This document shows positions 1 through 12,372 of a DNA stretch of 64,000 nt, piece after piece; within the stretch, counting starts at the first letter, position 1; every line of letters begins with the position of its first letter. A program made the translations under genes and the position numbers. The DNA is from the human T2T-CHM13v2.0 reference genome, Homo sapiens, in the NCBI RefSeq assembly GCF_009914755.1, contig NC_060927.1. One strand, given 5' to 3'. The notes beneath the pieces were generated by a model. It saw only the letters and a list, made by a program, of their open reading frames with translations, was not told the origin of the DNA and did not search any database.

Positions 1-1832
1 TATTATAATAAACTGCCAATTATTTACCTTTTCCTGTGATCTATTATAAATAGTTCATTAAGTCTTTTTGCCCAGTTTGAGTATTTAGATTAGATTACAC
101 ACTCTCTCCTTGATGTAATCAGAAGTAAGGAGTGAGCAGAGTGGGGGAAAAGAAGGAATGAAGTGACTTTGGACAGCTGTCTGCTGTGACAATTCATTAC
201 ACACTGAACATCTGTCTGTCCACCCAACTTGAAACATACCTCAAAATTTCTTTCAAGGAATCAAGACAAAAGCCAAATGCATGAGACATTATAACCCTAA
301 ATGGCTTCCTTTGGAGATAACAAAGGGCTTATTTGTTTATGCCCTTCAGGAACAAAAGAAATTATTTAAAATGTTGAATTCAGCAATATTAATTTTTGTT
401 CTCAAAACCCTCAATTATCACTTAATCACATTAATCAGTTAGCATAGTACAGCATTGAAGAAGTGAAAAATGTCTTTGCTGTTGCAAATATTTTAAGTAA
501 TTCCAAGGCATCGTATACATCAACACCTGAAATCCATTATTTATGGTCCAGAAGGGAAATTTTTCTTTAATTCGCTTTGTGTATAGTTTTTGGGGGTTAT
601 TGTATTGATTGAAAAAATTCAATACGCAGGTTAAATGAGACTCTTAACATTCTTACTCTTTACTCTTCAGATAGTTACATCACTTAATTTCATGAAATAC
701 AACTGAGGCTAGATTAGCACATTTAAGTAAGACCCAAGTCCCTAAACCTTACGGAAGTTAAAAGTGGAGGTGAGCACTGAGATTAGCACTTCTAACCTGA
801 TTTATAAAATATGGAGCACCCATCAGCAGCTGGGTGTCCACCTGCTTGTGCCTTTCCTGCTCCCACCCAGCCACAGTACCCTCTGCTCTTTGGGGCAAGG
901 ACTTGAAGGGGTGGAGCCCTGGAGATCAGGGTGATGAAGACAGAATTACCAGGGAGCTTTCCAGGAAGGCTGTGAATCTTAGGCCTGCATTTTCCCTATA
1001 TCCCTTTTTAGAGGATCTGAATTTGATTTTGTTAAGGATCTAGATGAATTCCTTACGCAGGGCATTGGAATCTTATCCACATATGTGGGTTGGTATTTCA
1101 TCATTAACAGTTATCAGGAAAACCACTGTGTGCCTGCCACTGAGAGTCTCTGCAGAGAGTCCTTTGCTCCTTCTTGAGACATTGATGAGAGTAGAGAATG
1201 TGACTTGTTGAATAGATGGAATTACTTTCAATTGTATGAGTTTATATAAAAGAATTCCTGTGGTTGATAAGAACCTTTTGAGGGTAGACACAGTCATACC
1301 AGAATATTTGCTGTTATTGACTGAAAATTAGTCAGATTAAGCATAGGGAGAGGAAGAGTGTGACACACAAGAGGGAAGGGAAGGAAGGTGTGAGAAATTT
1401 TCTCTGAATCTCAAGAGATGACCATAAATCCTTACTGTCCCTAAAGCAGCATGCTTTGAAAGCAGGGCTGGAGGAGATGACCCCAAAGGTTAATTAATGT
1501 CTCACTGAGATTTTATGACATGCCCTCGCTTCCTTCCATAGATTCTACCCCTTGGCAAAGGCATGACCTCAGGATGTGATGTCAAGTCATCCACATGATT
1601 TCATTTTTTTCATATTTACAGATAGTGATTATTTTTTAAGATTTGGGTAAATGTATATTATATAAAGAGAGTAGTTTTATGATGTTGTTTCTTTAATGTT
1701 CTTTTTGTACTTTCCAAGATACTATACCTGAAAAGTGGAGTATCTTGTTATTCTTACAGCAAAATTATGAGAGCTATATTTAATTCTTTAATTAAAAGAA
1801 TTAATAATACATTTCTTTTTCCTTCTTACCAG

Positions 1833-1993
1833 GCTATCTTTGAAGTCATATCCTCTGAACATTCATATTTACTCAGCTTGGAGATCTTGATACGAATGTT
1901 TAAAAATTCTAAAGAACTGAGTGATACAATGACTAAAACCGAGAGGCACCATCTTTTCTCCAATATTACAGATGTCTGTGAGGCAAGCAAAAA
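1833..1993 (+). CDS. ARHGEF26: ARHGEF26/SGEF coding exon, start of DH (RhoGEF) domain, 161 bp
   Basis: Polypyrimidine tract then AG at 1831-1832; donor GTAAGT at 1994. Reads [53 protein letters not shown], with the DH CR1 motif (E..SE.SY...L) and LFSNI. Ends in phase 2. Confidence 0.96.
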
Positions 1994-2669
1994 GTAAGTG
2001 CACTGCAGTCTGCCTTTGGTCGTGCCAAGAAGTTGCGTACTAATAAACACTTTGTTATCTCTAAAGGAAGGCATTTCTGGTTATCAAGTCTCATTCAGTT
2101 GGCTTTTGTCTTGATTCCTTGAAATACATTTTGAGATATGTTTCAAGTTTGGTGGATAGACAGATGCTCAGTGTGTAATGAGTTGTCACAGCAGACGGCT
2201 GTCCTAAGTTATGTTATTCCTCTTTCCCCACTTTGCTTGCTCTTTACTTCTGATTACATCAAGGAAAGGGTCTTCGTTTGGTGCTAGTCTGTGATATTCA
2301 TCCATTTCAGTAAAGAAAGAGTAAGCCTTAGGCTTAGGTCTTCTGCAGGCAATATCTGGCTACGATTTAATAATATATATTTTCATTATATTTAAGGATT
2401 TTTGCTTTACTTTTTGTCATGAAGAGTAGATAAAATCATATAATAAACTTTTATACATTCAAAACTTATATTTAGCAATTGTTAAAATTTTCCATATTTA
2501 CTTATCTATTATTTTTGCTTAATTTTTTTCCAAGTATATACATAGGATGTTTTACTTATAAATGCTCCAGTATTCAGCTCTTAAGAATAAGGTTATTTTC
2601 TTACATAACTACACTGTTGTGGTTATACTTATGATGATGCTTTTATGATTTTATTCCATTTAATTTTTG

Positions 2670-4260
2670 TACGTGTAAGTAGTAGAGTCACATGTTGCAA
2701 AATTCCAAAAATATGAAAGATCCTACAGTAAAATGCCATTCATATACTGTTCCCTGGCCACCTGAAACACAACCAGAGTCAACATTTGTTTCTTGTGTAT
2801 CTTTTTAGTAATACTTTATGATTATGTAAGAAAATATATGTATATATATATTTTTCTTGTTTTTACTTAAATGTTACCATACTATAAACACTGTTCTGCT
2901 CCTTACTTTTTTTTACCTCTATCCTGGAGATTATAGCATGTCTGCACATTAAAACTTTCCTTATTCATTTTTATGTTTTTTCCTTGCAATTATTTGTTGA
3001 AGAAATCCGGTCATTTGTTCTGTAGAATTTCCCATGAGGCACATAATTTATGGGTGGTGATCAATACCAGATCCATTAATTCATTAAGGATTGTAAAACA
3101 GTGTTACTCTAATTTATCGTTCTTTATTCATTTATTAGCTGAAATATTTCTATAAAGGGAAAGGTACATCCATCTATTCATATATTCAGTGGTAAAGTTC
3201 ACGTTATTCTATTTATTAGTGCTCAAATTGTTCCATCTTTGATCTTAACAATTTTTGATTATTTTCTTGCTATATGACATTTTAAGATGTTAAAGGATCA
3301 TGTTTTACAATTCCTGCTCCAGGCCTGGAATCAACCATTTCCCCAAAGAGCTCTGGTGTCTTTTGAAATGAGGTGGTATTTAAAACCTCAGTGAGTACCA
3401 GCGTGCTCATTGCTAAGTGGTTTTAGGCTGTTTCAGTAGATACCCAGAAAAAAAATCCAAATTTTTCTCTATAAAACTAGATATATTAAAAGCCCATAGA
3501 CACTCCAAATTTATCAAAGTATATATATTAAATAGGTACTTTTTTATGTATCAATTATACCTCAATAAAGCTTAAAACATAAAGAAGAAAGTCTAGTTTC
3601 TATTCTTGTCCCCTCTGTCCTATTCTCTTCCCATATACTCTTAAATAAGTTGTTTATCTTTGTTTTTTAAAATAAGCATATGCATATGCTTATGTATATG
3701 TATTCCCCTCACCTTCTTAGATAAATGAAAGCATATTCTACTTATTTTTCTCAGCCTCTTTATTCATGTAACAACATATATTAGAGGTTACTCCATAGTA
3801 GTTTATGGAGATGTTTTACTCCTTTCTCCAGCTACAATAATTATCATCGAGTAACTGTGTAGTAGTTTATTCATCCAGCCGCCTATCTGTATGAGCATTA
3901 GGATTATTTTCAGTCTCACTGTTACAGATAGTTTTTCTTTGTGCTTACACCCTGCTATATATTAGCCATTCTATCTTTGAGATTTTCTAGAATTAGGATT
4001 GCTAGATCAAAGGGTAAATGCGTATACTATTTTGTAAGATACTGCCAAATTCTTCTTCAAAGAAATTGTACCATTTTGCAGTACCACCAAGAATAGATGA
4101 ATGCTTGCTTCCCCAGAGTCTTTCTAGCAGAGTATGTCAACAAACCTTTAGATTTTTGTCATCTAACCTTTAGATTTTGTCTGATAGGTAAGGAGGATTA
4201 TCTGAGCATAGTTTTAGTTAGCATTTCTCTTATAAGCTTTTCCATATGAATAAGAGCCAT
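2670..4260 (-). mobile_element. Cluster of ancient L1 (L1MC/L1ME-like) 3' fragments, mostly antisense
   Basis: Degenerate L1 3' motifs such as ggattgctagatcaaagggtaaatg...tactgccaaatt and gtaccattttgcagtaccacca. A short + strand L1 end (tcaattatacctcaataaagc) lies near 3550-3575. Confidence 0.6.
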
Positions 4261-6449
4261 CTGGAACATAGTATGTGTCAGTAAAATATTACTAAACTAA
4301 TAATATTCCTCTATGATGTTGGAACAATTTAAAATTTGAGATAAGCACTAACATTACATCAACAAAAGTCAAGGAAGGAGAGGTTTTCTAATGCTCGCTG
4401 AAACACAAGAATATTTGCTTTGACTAGATCAGCAATGTTAACATGTAAGATTGGCTTAGCTAGTGAAAGAGAATTATCTGCTTAATAAGAAGGAGAGGGA
4501 AAACGTATTAGCATTTTTTTTTCTGCTCAAAAAGTTAGAAGCTGTTAGAGGCATCTTATCTGAAAAAGTTAATACAAGTAGAAATGATGAACATAACTGA
4601 ATTTATCAAATACCAAAATATTAGAATCCAGGGTATTCCTTGAGGCTTGAAGGACATGTACGTTCATTTATTTAGTTATTATTTTAGTTATCTTTTATGG
4701 AATACTTATAATTCATACCAAGCATTATGTTGTAGCCTTTTCAATAGAGTATGTATGTATCCTTAAATAGACTGCCCTCAGTGAACAAAGTCTTAGGAGA
4801 AATAACTATAATGTAGTTCATGGTTAGTAGGCATGTAAAGATCATCACTCTAAGAGGCCAGGAAAACTGAAGGAAAATTCTAAAAGGACTGTAATAGAAA
4901 TATGGGTTTAGTTTAATAAGCTATGTATACCTATATAATGTACGATTATTTAACCAATAAAATGCTTTAAAGGAATATTTAATAATATGGACTTTAATAT
5001 ATTCAGATTTTAAAGCAGGTCTAAAGAGTGGGATTTCATATTGTTCTAGATTTTAATTATTTGAAAGGTAATTTATCAAAACATAAAGGATAATTATCTT
5101 TAATGATAGAATTATGAGTTATTTTAATTTCTGTCTGTGTACTTATCTGTAGTTTCAGCATCTGCAATAAACATAATGTAGTTAGAAAAGGAAACACAAG
5201 GAAATGAGAAACAAGCAGTAAGAAATATGAGCCCAGAATAAAACAGGGGAGGTCACTGGATATGGCTGACAAATTCATAATTGGTTAACCTTGAAATAAG
5301 TCATTTTATTTAAAGTATAGACTAAAATTTTACTTTAATTTCAGTCATTTACAAAATTCATTTAAGGTTTTATTAAAAATTTTATCTCTGTCATAGCTTA
5401 TAGTAAGGGGCTATTTTGAACATTTTTGTCTATTTTTTATTTAAAAAAGAAAACAGATACTTTTCATCCTCCATTAAAAGAAAAACAAAGAAATATCTGT
5501 ATTCTTTACATTTTTATTTTGTTTTCACTTCAAATGCAATGCTTTAATATGGATATCTGCCTTTGTAATAATTTGATCTCTGTTATATTTCAACTAGGAA
5601 TGTTCAGCTTTTACATGATAACTCTGTCTATATCATAATAACTTACATTACAAAAGTGTTTTTGATTTAGTTTGAAACACTCATTTCAGATACAGCCTTT
5701 TTGAAATTCAAAGTACTCAGAAGATTTATTTGCAAAGGCTATTTCATGATGTAAGGCCTGCTTGTTGAACTTCAAGAGTGACACCCAAGTGTTGGTAACT
5801 ACTTAATGTATTACTCATGAAAGAGTTTACAGTCCCAAGAAAATGCGAAATAAAATCTTGAGTAAAATAAATGATCAGTGTCTGAATTAGATATTACAGA
5901 GTAAGCATGGTATTGTTAAGTATGTCATAACCAGGGCTATCTTCATTGTTTTACTTTTACCTAATGAAAAATTATAGCTATAGGTGATGACATATTCAAT
6001 ATAGGTTGCGGTCAGAACATCCTGGACATCCAAATTAACAGTGTGTTGTCTAGTCCCCTGTATTGTGGCTTAGGTTGTTGACTGCCAATAAATAACACTA
6101 AGATTTATGTAAGTTGACACTATTTGAAAACAGACAAGCAGGGACAACGATCATTCTGACTGTGTGTGTGTGTACGTATGTATCAGTAGTATGTCTCTGC
6201 AAAATTCTTTTCTTCTTTTTTTCTCATTTCAGTTAACACTTAGGGCCTCCTATTCTGCAAGGCTCCTAAGTTCCAAAGCATTTCAGCTGGTGGCATCTCC
6301 CCAGGGGCCGTTGGTTCTTGGGACCCATGGTGGTTGGCGAACACCTCCAATGTATTTGCAGAGGCGTTTTAGGGCACTTTCCTTGAAATGGAAAGGCTTG
6401 GGTTTGGCTGGAGGTTATGGGTTTAAAGGCCCTTGGTGAAAATCAAAGG

Positions 6450-7000
6450 AGAGCATGAGAGCAGATGTTCGTGAAGGCCATTATGTGCCCTGCTGAGGCA
6501 TTTTCACCATTTCCTAAAGCCTATGTGGAAACATTTATCAATTAAGTAGGGGACTGATTTTGTGGCATTGTAGAGAACAGTATGGTGTTTGTCTTAGCAG
6601 AGAGGTGAAAATGTTAAAAGATTTGAGGCAATTGAAGTAACACAGCTAGCTAGGGTGGAAACTGACAGGGGCCTCCAAGGGATATTGAGAGATATTTAGA
6701 ATATGGACTCTTGAGGACTTGCTGAAAAGGCGGGGTCCTCCTAGGTTTGCCTCCCAGGTTTCTACCTGGTTGACTATCATTGGAAATTGTATTAACCAGG
6801 ATATAAGAGAAACAGATTGGGGCTTAGGGAGGGAGACAAGGAATTCAGTTTGGGGCATTTTGCATTTGAGTGCCTGGAACATGAGAGTAAGGTATTTAGT
6901 TAAAAAGAGAAAAGCAGGTTAGAACTACAGAAAAATCTTCAGTAGGGATGTCAATTTGAGTCACAGAGGCGGTTCTTGTCATTTTAAGTTTAAATGAGAT
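6450..7000 (-). mobile_element. L2 fragment
   Basis: Purine-rich degenerate L2 phrases (gaattcagtttggggcattttgcatttgagtgcct). Confidence 0.55.
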
Positions 7001-7014
7001 AACTACAACTTGTA

Positions 7015-7222
7015 GCAGTGGTTTGTAAGCAGTGGTGGTGGTATTTACCCCCTAAGGATACTTGGAAATGCATTTTTGGTTGCCCCAGTAGACTTGGGGG
7101 GCTCTATTGACATTAGTAGGTGGGGGCCAGGGTGCCAGGCATCCTACACTTAGTAGGACAGTCCCAGATAAGCCTGAATTGTCCCACCCAAATGCCACTG
7201 AAGCCCTTTTTGAGATGCATGG
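7015..7222 (+). mobile_element. MER20-like hAT-Charlie DNA transposon
   Basis: catttttggttg...gggggccagggtgcc...catccta...aggacagtccc...gaattgtcccacccaaatg follows the MER20 consensus as recalled. Confidence 0.65.
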
Positions 7223-9459
7223 AGTAAAAAGAAGACGAATGTCAGAATTTTGACAAAGAAACATTTAAGGAGCCTGTGGGTTGGAACAGAAATGAGTTAA
7301 ATAGGATAAGAGGAATTGCACAGTGTGCATGGATCTTAAGTCCTTTGGCTGTAAAGGGTTTGCCTCTCTTATTAACACCTTCCTGTTACTCTGTCTCTTA
7401 GTGCCATGGCCTAACAATTGTTTGTTTTCTAACCCTCCTTAAAAGGAGTATTTGGGGAGTTAGAATCCTACTGATTGTTTTTACCCTGCCTAAGAAGGGT
7501 GACACACTTTCCTTTTGCATGGAATGATTAGAGCTAAATTCTTTAAATTTAGGTAGTACCTAGATGACTTTGGGTCAGTGTCAGGGAAAAAGGCTTTGAC
7601 TTCCAACTCTACTTCCTTCCTGTTTAACTGTACCAACTTCTTCCCTCTGACTCAAATTCATGAGCTTTTCCTGGTTTCATGATCTCCTTGTCTTTTAAGG
7701 ACCTCGGCTATCTTAAAAGCCTGATCATCTCATGAAAAATGGAGTATTTGATATCATCTTTCAATTAGAAATGAATAGGCTTAATTCATAACTAAACATC
7801 ACACATAGTATATACTTTGCATATTTTCATATTTCCTTTGATTTTTTTTGGTTCTTCCCCTACAAAATCTACAAAAATCTATGGTTACTTAGGATAATTT
7901 ATAGATAATCCCTGTGTTAATATAAAAAGACCTATAAATGTGATTAACTTACAATGATTTGCAACAGAATATGATCTAACACCAATTGTTTTTAAATTTA
8001 AGATACATCCCTATTAAAAGACTGATACTATTAGGAAAGAAAATTGTCTTTTGTAGAAGACTGAATGTTAACCCTTCTCCCGTATTTAGAAACTCTAAGG
8101 TCTAAATAAGGTCTTTTGTGTTAAAAAGTTTTCTGCAAAATGAAAATTAGATGAGTCTTTGCTTTGATGTTTCATAAAAAGATGTGTTTTTACTCTCAAT
8201 TCTGAGTTTTCATTCTAAATACCTAGGTTATGTTAACAGTCTTTCATTTAATTTTTTTCAATAACAGAGTGTGCTGTTATTAGTACCCTATAAAAATATG
8301 CTACTGAAGACCTTTGCAAGGTACTTGTTTCTCTTTTTCCAATTACAAAGTTAAAACATTGGTATTCTTTGGAAAGCCATTTAAAACTAAAACTATGCTT
8401 GTCTTCAATTTCTGCAGAGTAAAGTAAAAATATCCATCAATGTGCTTTTGTGTCCTGAGGAACTGAATTTGTTCCCAACATATAATGAGCAGTGAATGCC
8501 AAATTCTCTGGTTTCTGCTTTGTGTAGCAGAGTAAATTACAATAATAGTAAACATACAAAATAGTACTTACACCGCACTTGCTTCTCCAGAAGTTTTTTC
8601 CCTAATTTTAATCAAACTCTATTAAAATTGAAATGTCATATGACATTAAAAACTACCTTACATGCACTTGCTTTAATATTATTTTATGAAATGAGTTCAT
8701 ATTACCAAAAAATGACAATTTATGTAAATAATAGTATAGCATATCTGCATTATGAAATACGTTTCTATTTGGTAATTAAAATTCTAAACTTTAATGCATA
8801 AGCAAATAACAGTAAACCTTCAAAAGTCTTTTATAGTATGAATATTAAAATTTTAACTTTCCTGACTAATTCTTAAAGCTAAATTTTAAAGGAAAAACAC
8901 ATTAAATTTAACTAGGCCAGAGAATATGGAACATTTTAAGTTGTAGAACCTGTTTAATTTTTGCCCTGAAGTAATGGCTGTTGCTATTTTTGTTAGCAAA
9001 TGTTATTTTCTTACTCCATATATACTCAAGATAAACTTACCCCAGAGTCTTTGGTAAACAAAGCCATTACCTTATTTTCCTGAATATAACAGAGAAACTT
9101 TATTCTTTCTAAAATCAATTTCTTCAACTGACAGTTGAAAGACAGTGACATTCAGAAGCCACTCTTTATGTCACTTTTTGACTGTTTCTCTATCCTGAGA
9201 TTAATGACAAAGAAGTTTATTTGAAATTCACCCGAAGTATTTTCACAATACTTCAAAGTAAGTCTACGTGAGTATTCTAGTCCATGTTGTTCAGCTCTTA
9301 TCAACAACCAGTGTCTGGAGTAATAGTAAAAGAAATAGGTAGTTGTTTAGGTATTATTTCAATAAAGAAAGAAAAACTAGTGATGTTTTAATAGATGCAG
9401 TCCTTTGGATAAGACCTCAGGAAAGCAGTGTGGGATCTGAAGTCTTTGTACAATTGAAC

Positions 9460-10140
9460 AGGAGGCCAGTTAAAGATGACTGATTAGAGACATGCACTGT
9501 ATTCATTCTCTTCTAAAAATCCCAGTAAAAATGATGGGAAGGTCAATACACAAGGAAAAAGAAAATAAGAATGAGACAACAGCTACAATATTTTGGAACC
9601 TGAAAAACCTGAGATGGTTGTCCAGTAATGCAGGAAAGTTTAAATCTAGACTGGTAGTGAGGAAAACCAAGGATCAACCAGATTGAAATCCCAGAACCTC
9701 TGAAAGGTGGTGCATTGATTGATTGATTGATTGGTTCTTCCTTCACAAATCTATGGTTACTTGGAGTAATTTATAGATAATTGCTGTGTTAATAGAAAAA
9801 GACCTATAAGTATGATTAACTTAATTAATTTGGTCTAGGACTAGGTTAAAGGTAATTCCTAGGTGCAGGAATTGATGATGAAGTTGGGTAAAGGTGTGAC
9901 TAAAACTGCAAGTTTCATGCAAATCTGTTTGAGAAGTAGTCAGATCCTAGATCCCCTCTTTGGCTCTACCCAGCAAGATGATGACCCTCTTTACCCCAGC
10001 AGCAGGGCAGCATTGGTGAATACTGGACCAGGAGACCCAGGACCACATAAGAAGGGGACTGTTGTACAGGAAACGAAGGTATAGTGGCAGTTGGCACCCA
10101 CAGCCTTCTGCGCTACTCTCCTTTTGGAATGCTGGTAGCC
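9460..10140 (+). mobile_element. Ancient L1/HAL1-like 5' region, interrupted by a local duplication
   Basis: aagatgactgattagagacatgc...ttctaaaaatcccagtaaaaatgat resembles old L1 5' ends. Confidence 0.4.
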
Positions 10141-10143
10141 AGG

Positions 10144-10144
<1 letters not shown>

Positions 10145-10180
<36 letters not shown>
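10145..10180. repeat. (TG)18 microsatellite
   Basis: Read directly. Confidence 0.97.
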
Positions 10181-10183
<3 letters not shown>

Positions 10184-11544
10184 ACTTTGTCCCTTTTCTG
10201 TCAAATAGTGATTGGCATAGTATAGGTTAAGTAACATTTTATCATCTTTGTTAATGGATTTATGTTCAAATACATTATTATTAACATCATTATTAGGTTT
10301 TGCAGGAAACAATAAGTTGAGTATTACAGCAGAAATATAAAAAGCCTCAAATATAAAAAGCCTTAAGAAATATCCATTTTAGTAACATGTTAGGCAAGTA
10401 CTTGTTGACTTTAAATCTTAAGTTTCTTTCTCATTTAATAAGGATGATAGTATACTTAACCTTATAAGATTGTTTTGAGGATTAAATGATATACATAAAA
10501 TGCTTAGCATAACACTAGACAAGTTCTTTAGTAGCAATTATTTTGTTGATGTTATTACTAAATGATTTTTATCATCTATGTCTGGTATTCTGAAATGTCT
10601 CTGGATTTTGTATTTGTTGACTTTTGTAAATATATGCCTCTGCCAGCATTGGTCTAGGACTAAATTAAAGAATAGGTCTTGTTTTATGCAGCATCTAGTG
10701 CAATGGTTTGCATGAGTTTATTTTTAAAGATAGTTGTGGCACAATATTACATTTTAGCAATCATCTTTATTTTGACATTGAGTGAATCAAAGTAAATAGA
10801 TTCTTCCATAATCATAAAGAATTAATTGTGACCTAGATTAGGACTAAAACCTGAGCTATTTTTTCCAACCAGCCTGGTGTTTTCTTTGTGAGTGGTAGAT
10901 TCCTTGAATCAGTGCTTCAGAGCAGGCCCTGGCATGCTTCAGCTGCCAATTAGACCATTCTCCTGGTCACTTTTTGCAGGCATTTGGACCCATTATGTTC
11001 TTTTTGCATTGCCTTTACAAATTCTAAGTCTGTGGATTCTGAGTTGTCACATGGAGATTTAAACTTGGATAATGAGCCTGGTTGGGACAGACTAAAGTGT
11101 TACCTACTTAGTCATTAGCTGTTATCAATCTTAAACTAGGGTAGAATTTTGTGGAAAAAGAAACAATGACTGGGGTTTGGTTGCAGTGTTTCATCTGCAT
11201 TGCATTTATAGCTGTGGATTTTGAACCATTACATGGATTTTTGACTCTGCCAGTTGTGAGTAAAACAAGCAGGACCACACAGTTTTTCTGGCTGATGGAA
11301 AAGATTTTAATTTAAACTTTGTATTCTAGCCAAGTTAAAGCTAGCACTTGATTTAAGTGGAAGGGAGATGGTTGATGAATTAAGTTTCAAAAGCAGACTT
11401 TTTAAAGCCTTCTAATTGCTTATCATAGGATGTTGCCTCTAATTGCTGTGCATTAATTATTAGCATCTGGGCATCAATTTTGTGTTTCTCCAAAAACTTT
11501 TCTTATTTCATCTGATTTAATCCTTAATAGCATGCTGTGAAGTA

Positions 11545-12372
11545 TGCCAAATCCTTGAGTAATGTTGTTTTGCTATAATGTTGATGAGGGGAAAAATGGA
11601 TTCCCAGCCAGGGCCATTGCATGTGTGGAGTTTGCATGTTCTCCCGGTGTCTGCGTGGGTTTTCTCCAGGTAGTCAGGTTTCCTTCCACCTCCCAAAGAT
11701 GTGCACATTAGGTGAATTGGCATGTCTGTGGCCCCAGTCTGAATGAATGTGGGTGTGTGAGAGTGCACTGTGATGGAAGGGTGTCCTGTCCAGGGTTGAC
11801 ACTTACCTCGCCCCCTGAGCTGCCGAGATAGGCTCTGGCCAGGTGTGACCCTGAACTGGAATAAGATGCTTGGGAAAGGAATGAATGAATGAATGCAAAT
11901 GATTATGAAATATAAATTTGTATTATATATGATAATCATACAAATGCACTATAATAAACGATGCTTTTAGAAAGCGCTCATTGAGCTGCCGTATTTGTGA
12001 TTGTTTTTGAACCGCATGATGGTAGGAGGTGCTCCTTCCAATTTTCACTTTGCAAACATTTATACCTTGATTTAACCCACTGCTGTCACTCACTGATTCA
12101 CCAAAAATTGGGTAAATAATTGTCTTACTTGTTTTTACTTCTCTTTCTTAAATGTATATCTAGCTTACATTTATTTCAGTGTTTAATATTAGAAGTGTTT
12201 TGAGTGTTTATTTAGAAGTTTGGTGATTTTCTTTTTGACCAGAAATATCCTGTAGGAACTTAACTTTTGTTTATATCAATGAGCCTTTGGTAAAATTAGT
12301 TTAGTTATACATCATTTCACTTAGAGTCACAGCCCCCAAAACCTATCAACAACATTGTGTGGACTTACTGTA
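11545..12372 (+). mobile_element. MER6 (TcMar-Tigger) non-autonomous DNA transposon, near full length
   Basis: Core gtgtggagtttgcatgttctccc...gtctgcgtgggttttctccaggta...ggtttcct...cccaaagatgtgca; 3' terminus ggacttactg followed by TA. Confidence 0.85.

Noticed and set aside
4143-4181. Short imperfect tandem duplication aacctttagatttt(t)gtc; similar ones at about 10334-10363, 24702-24740 and 50058-50099
   Set aside because: Ordinary slippage products with only two copies each.
7560-7722. Minus-strand peptide AFKIAEVLKRQGDHETRKSS looked protein-like
   Set aside because: Stops after 20 codons, has a weak acceptor and matches no family I recognise.
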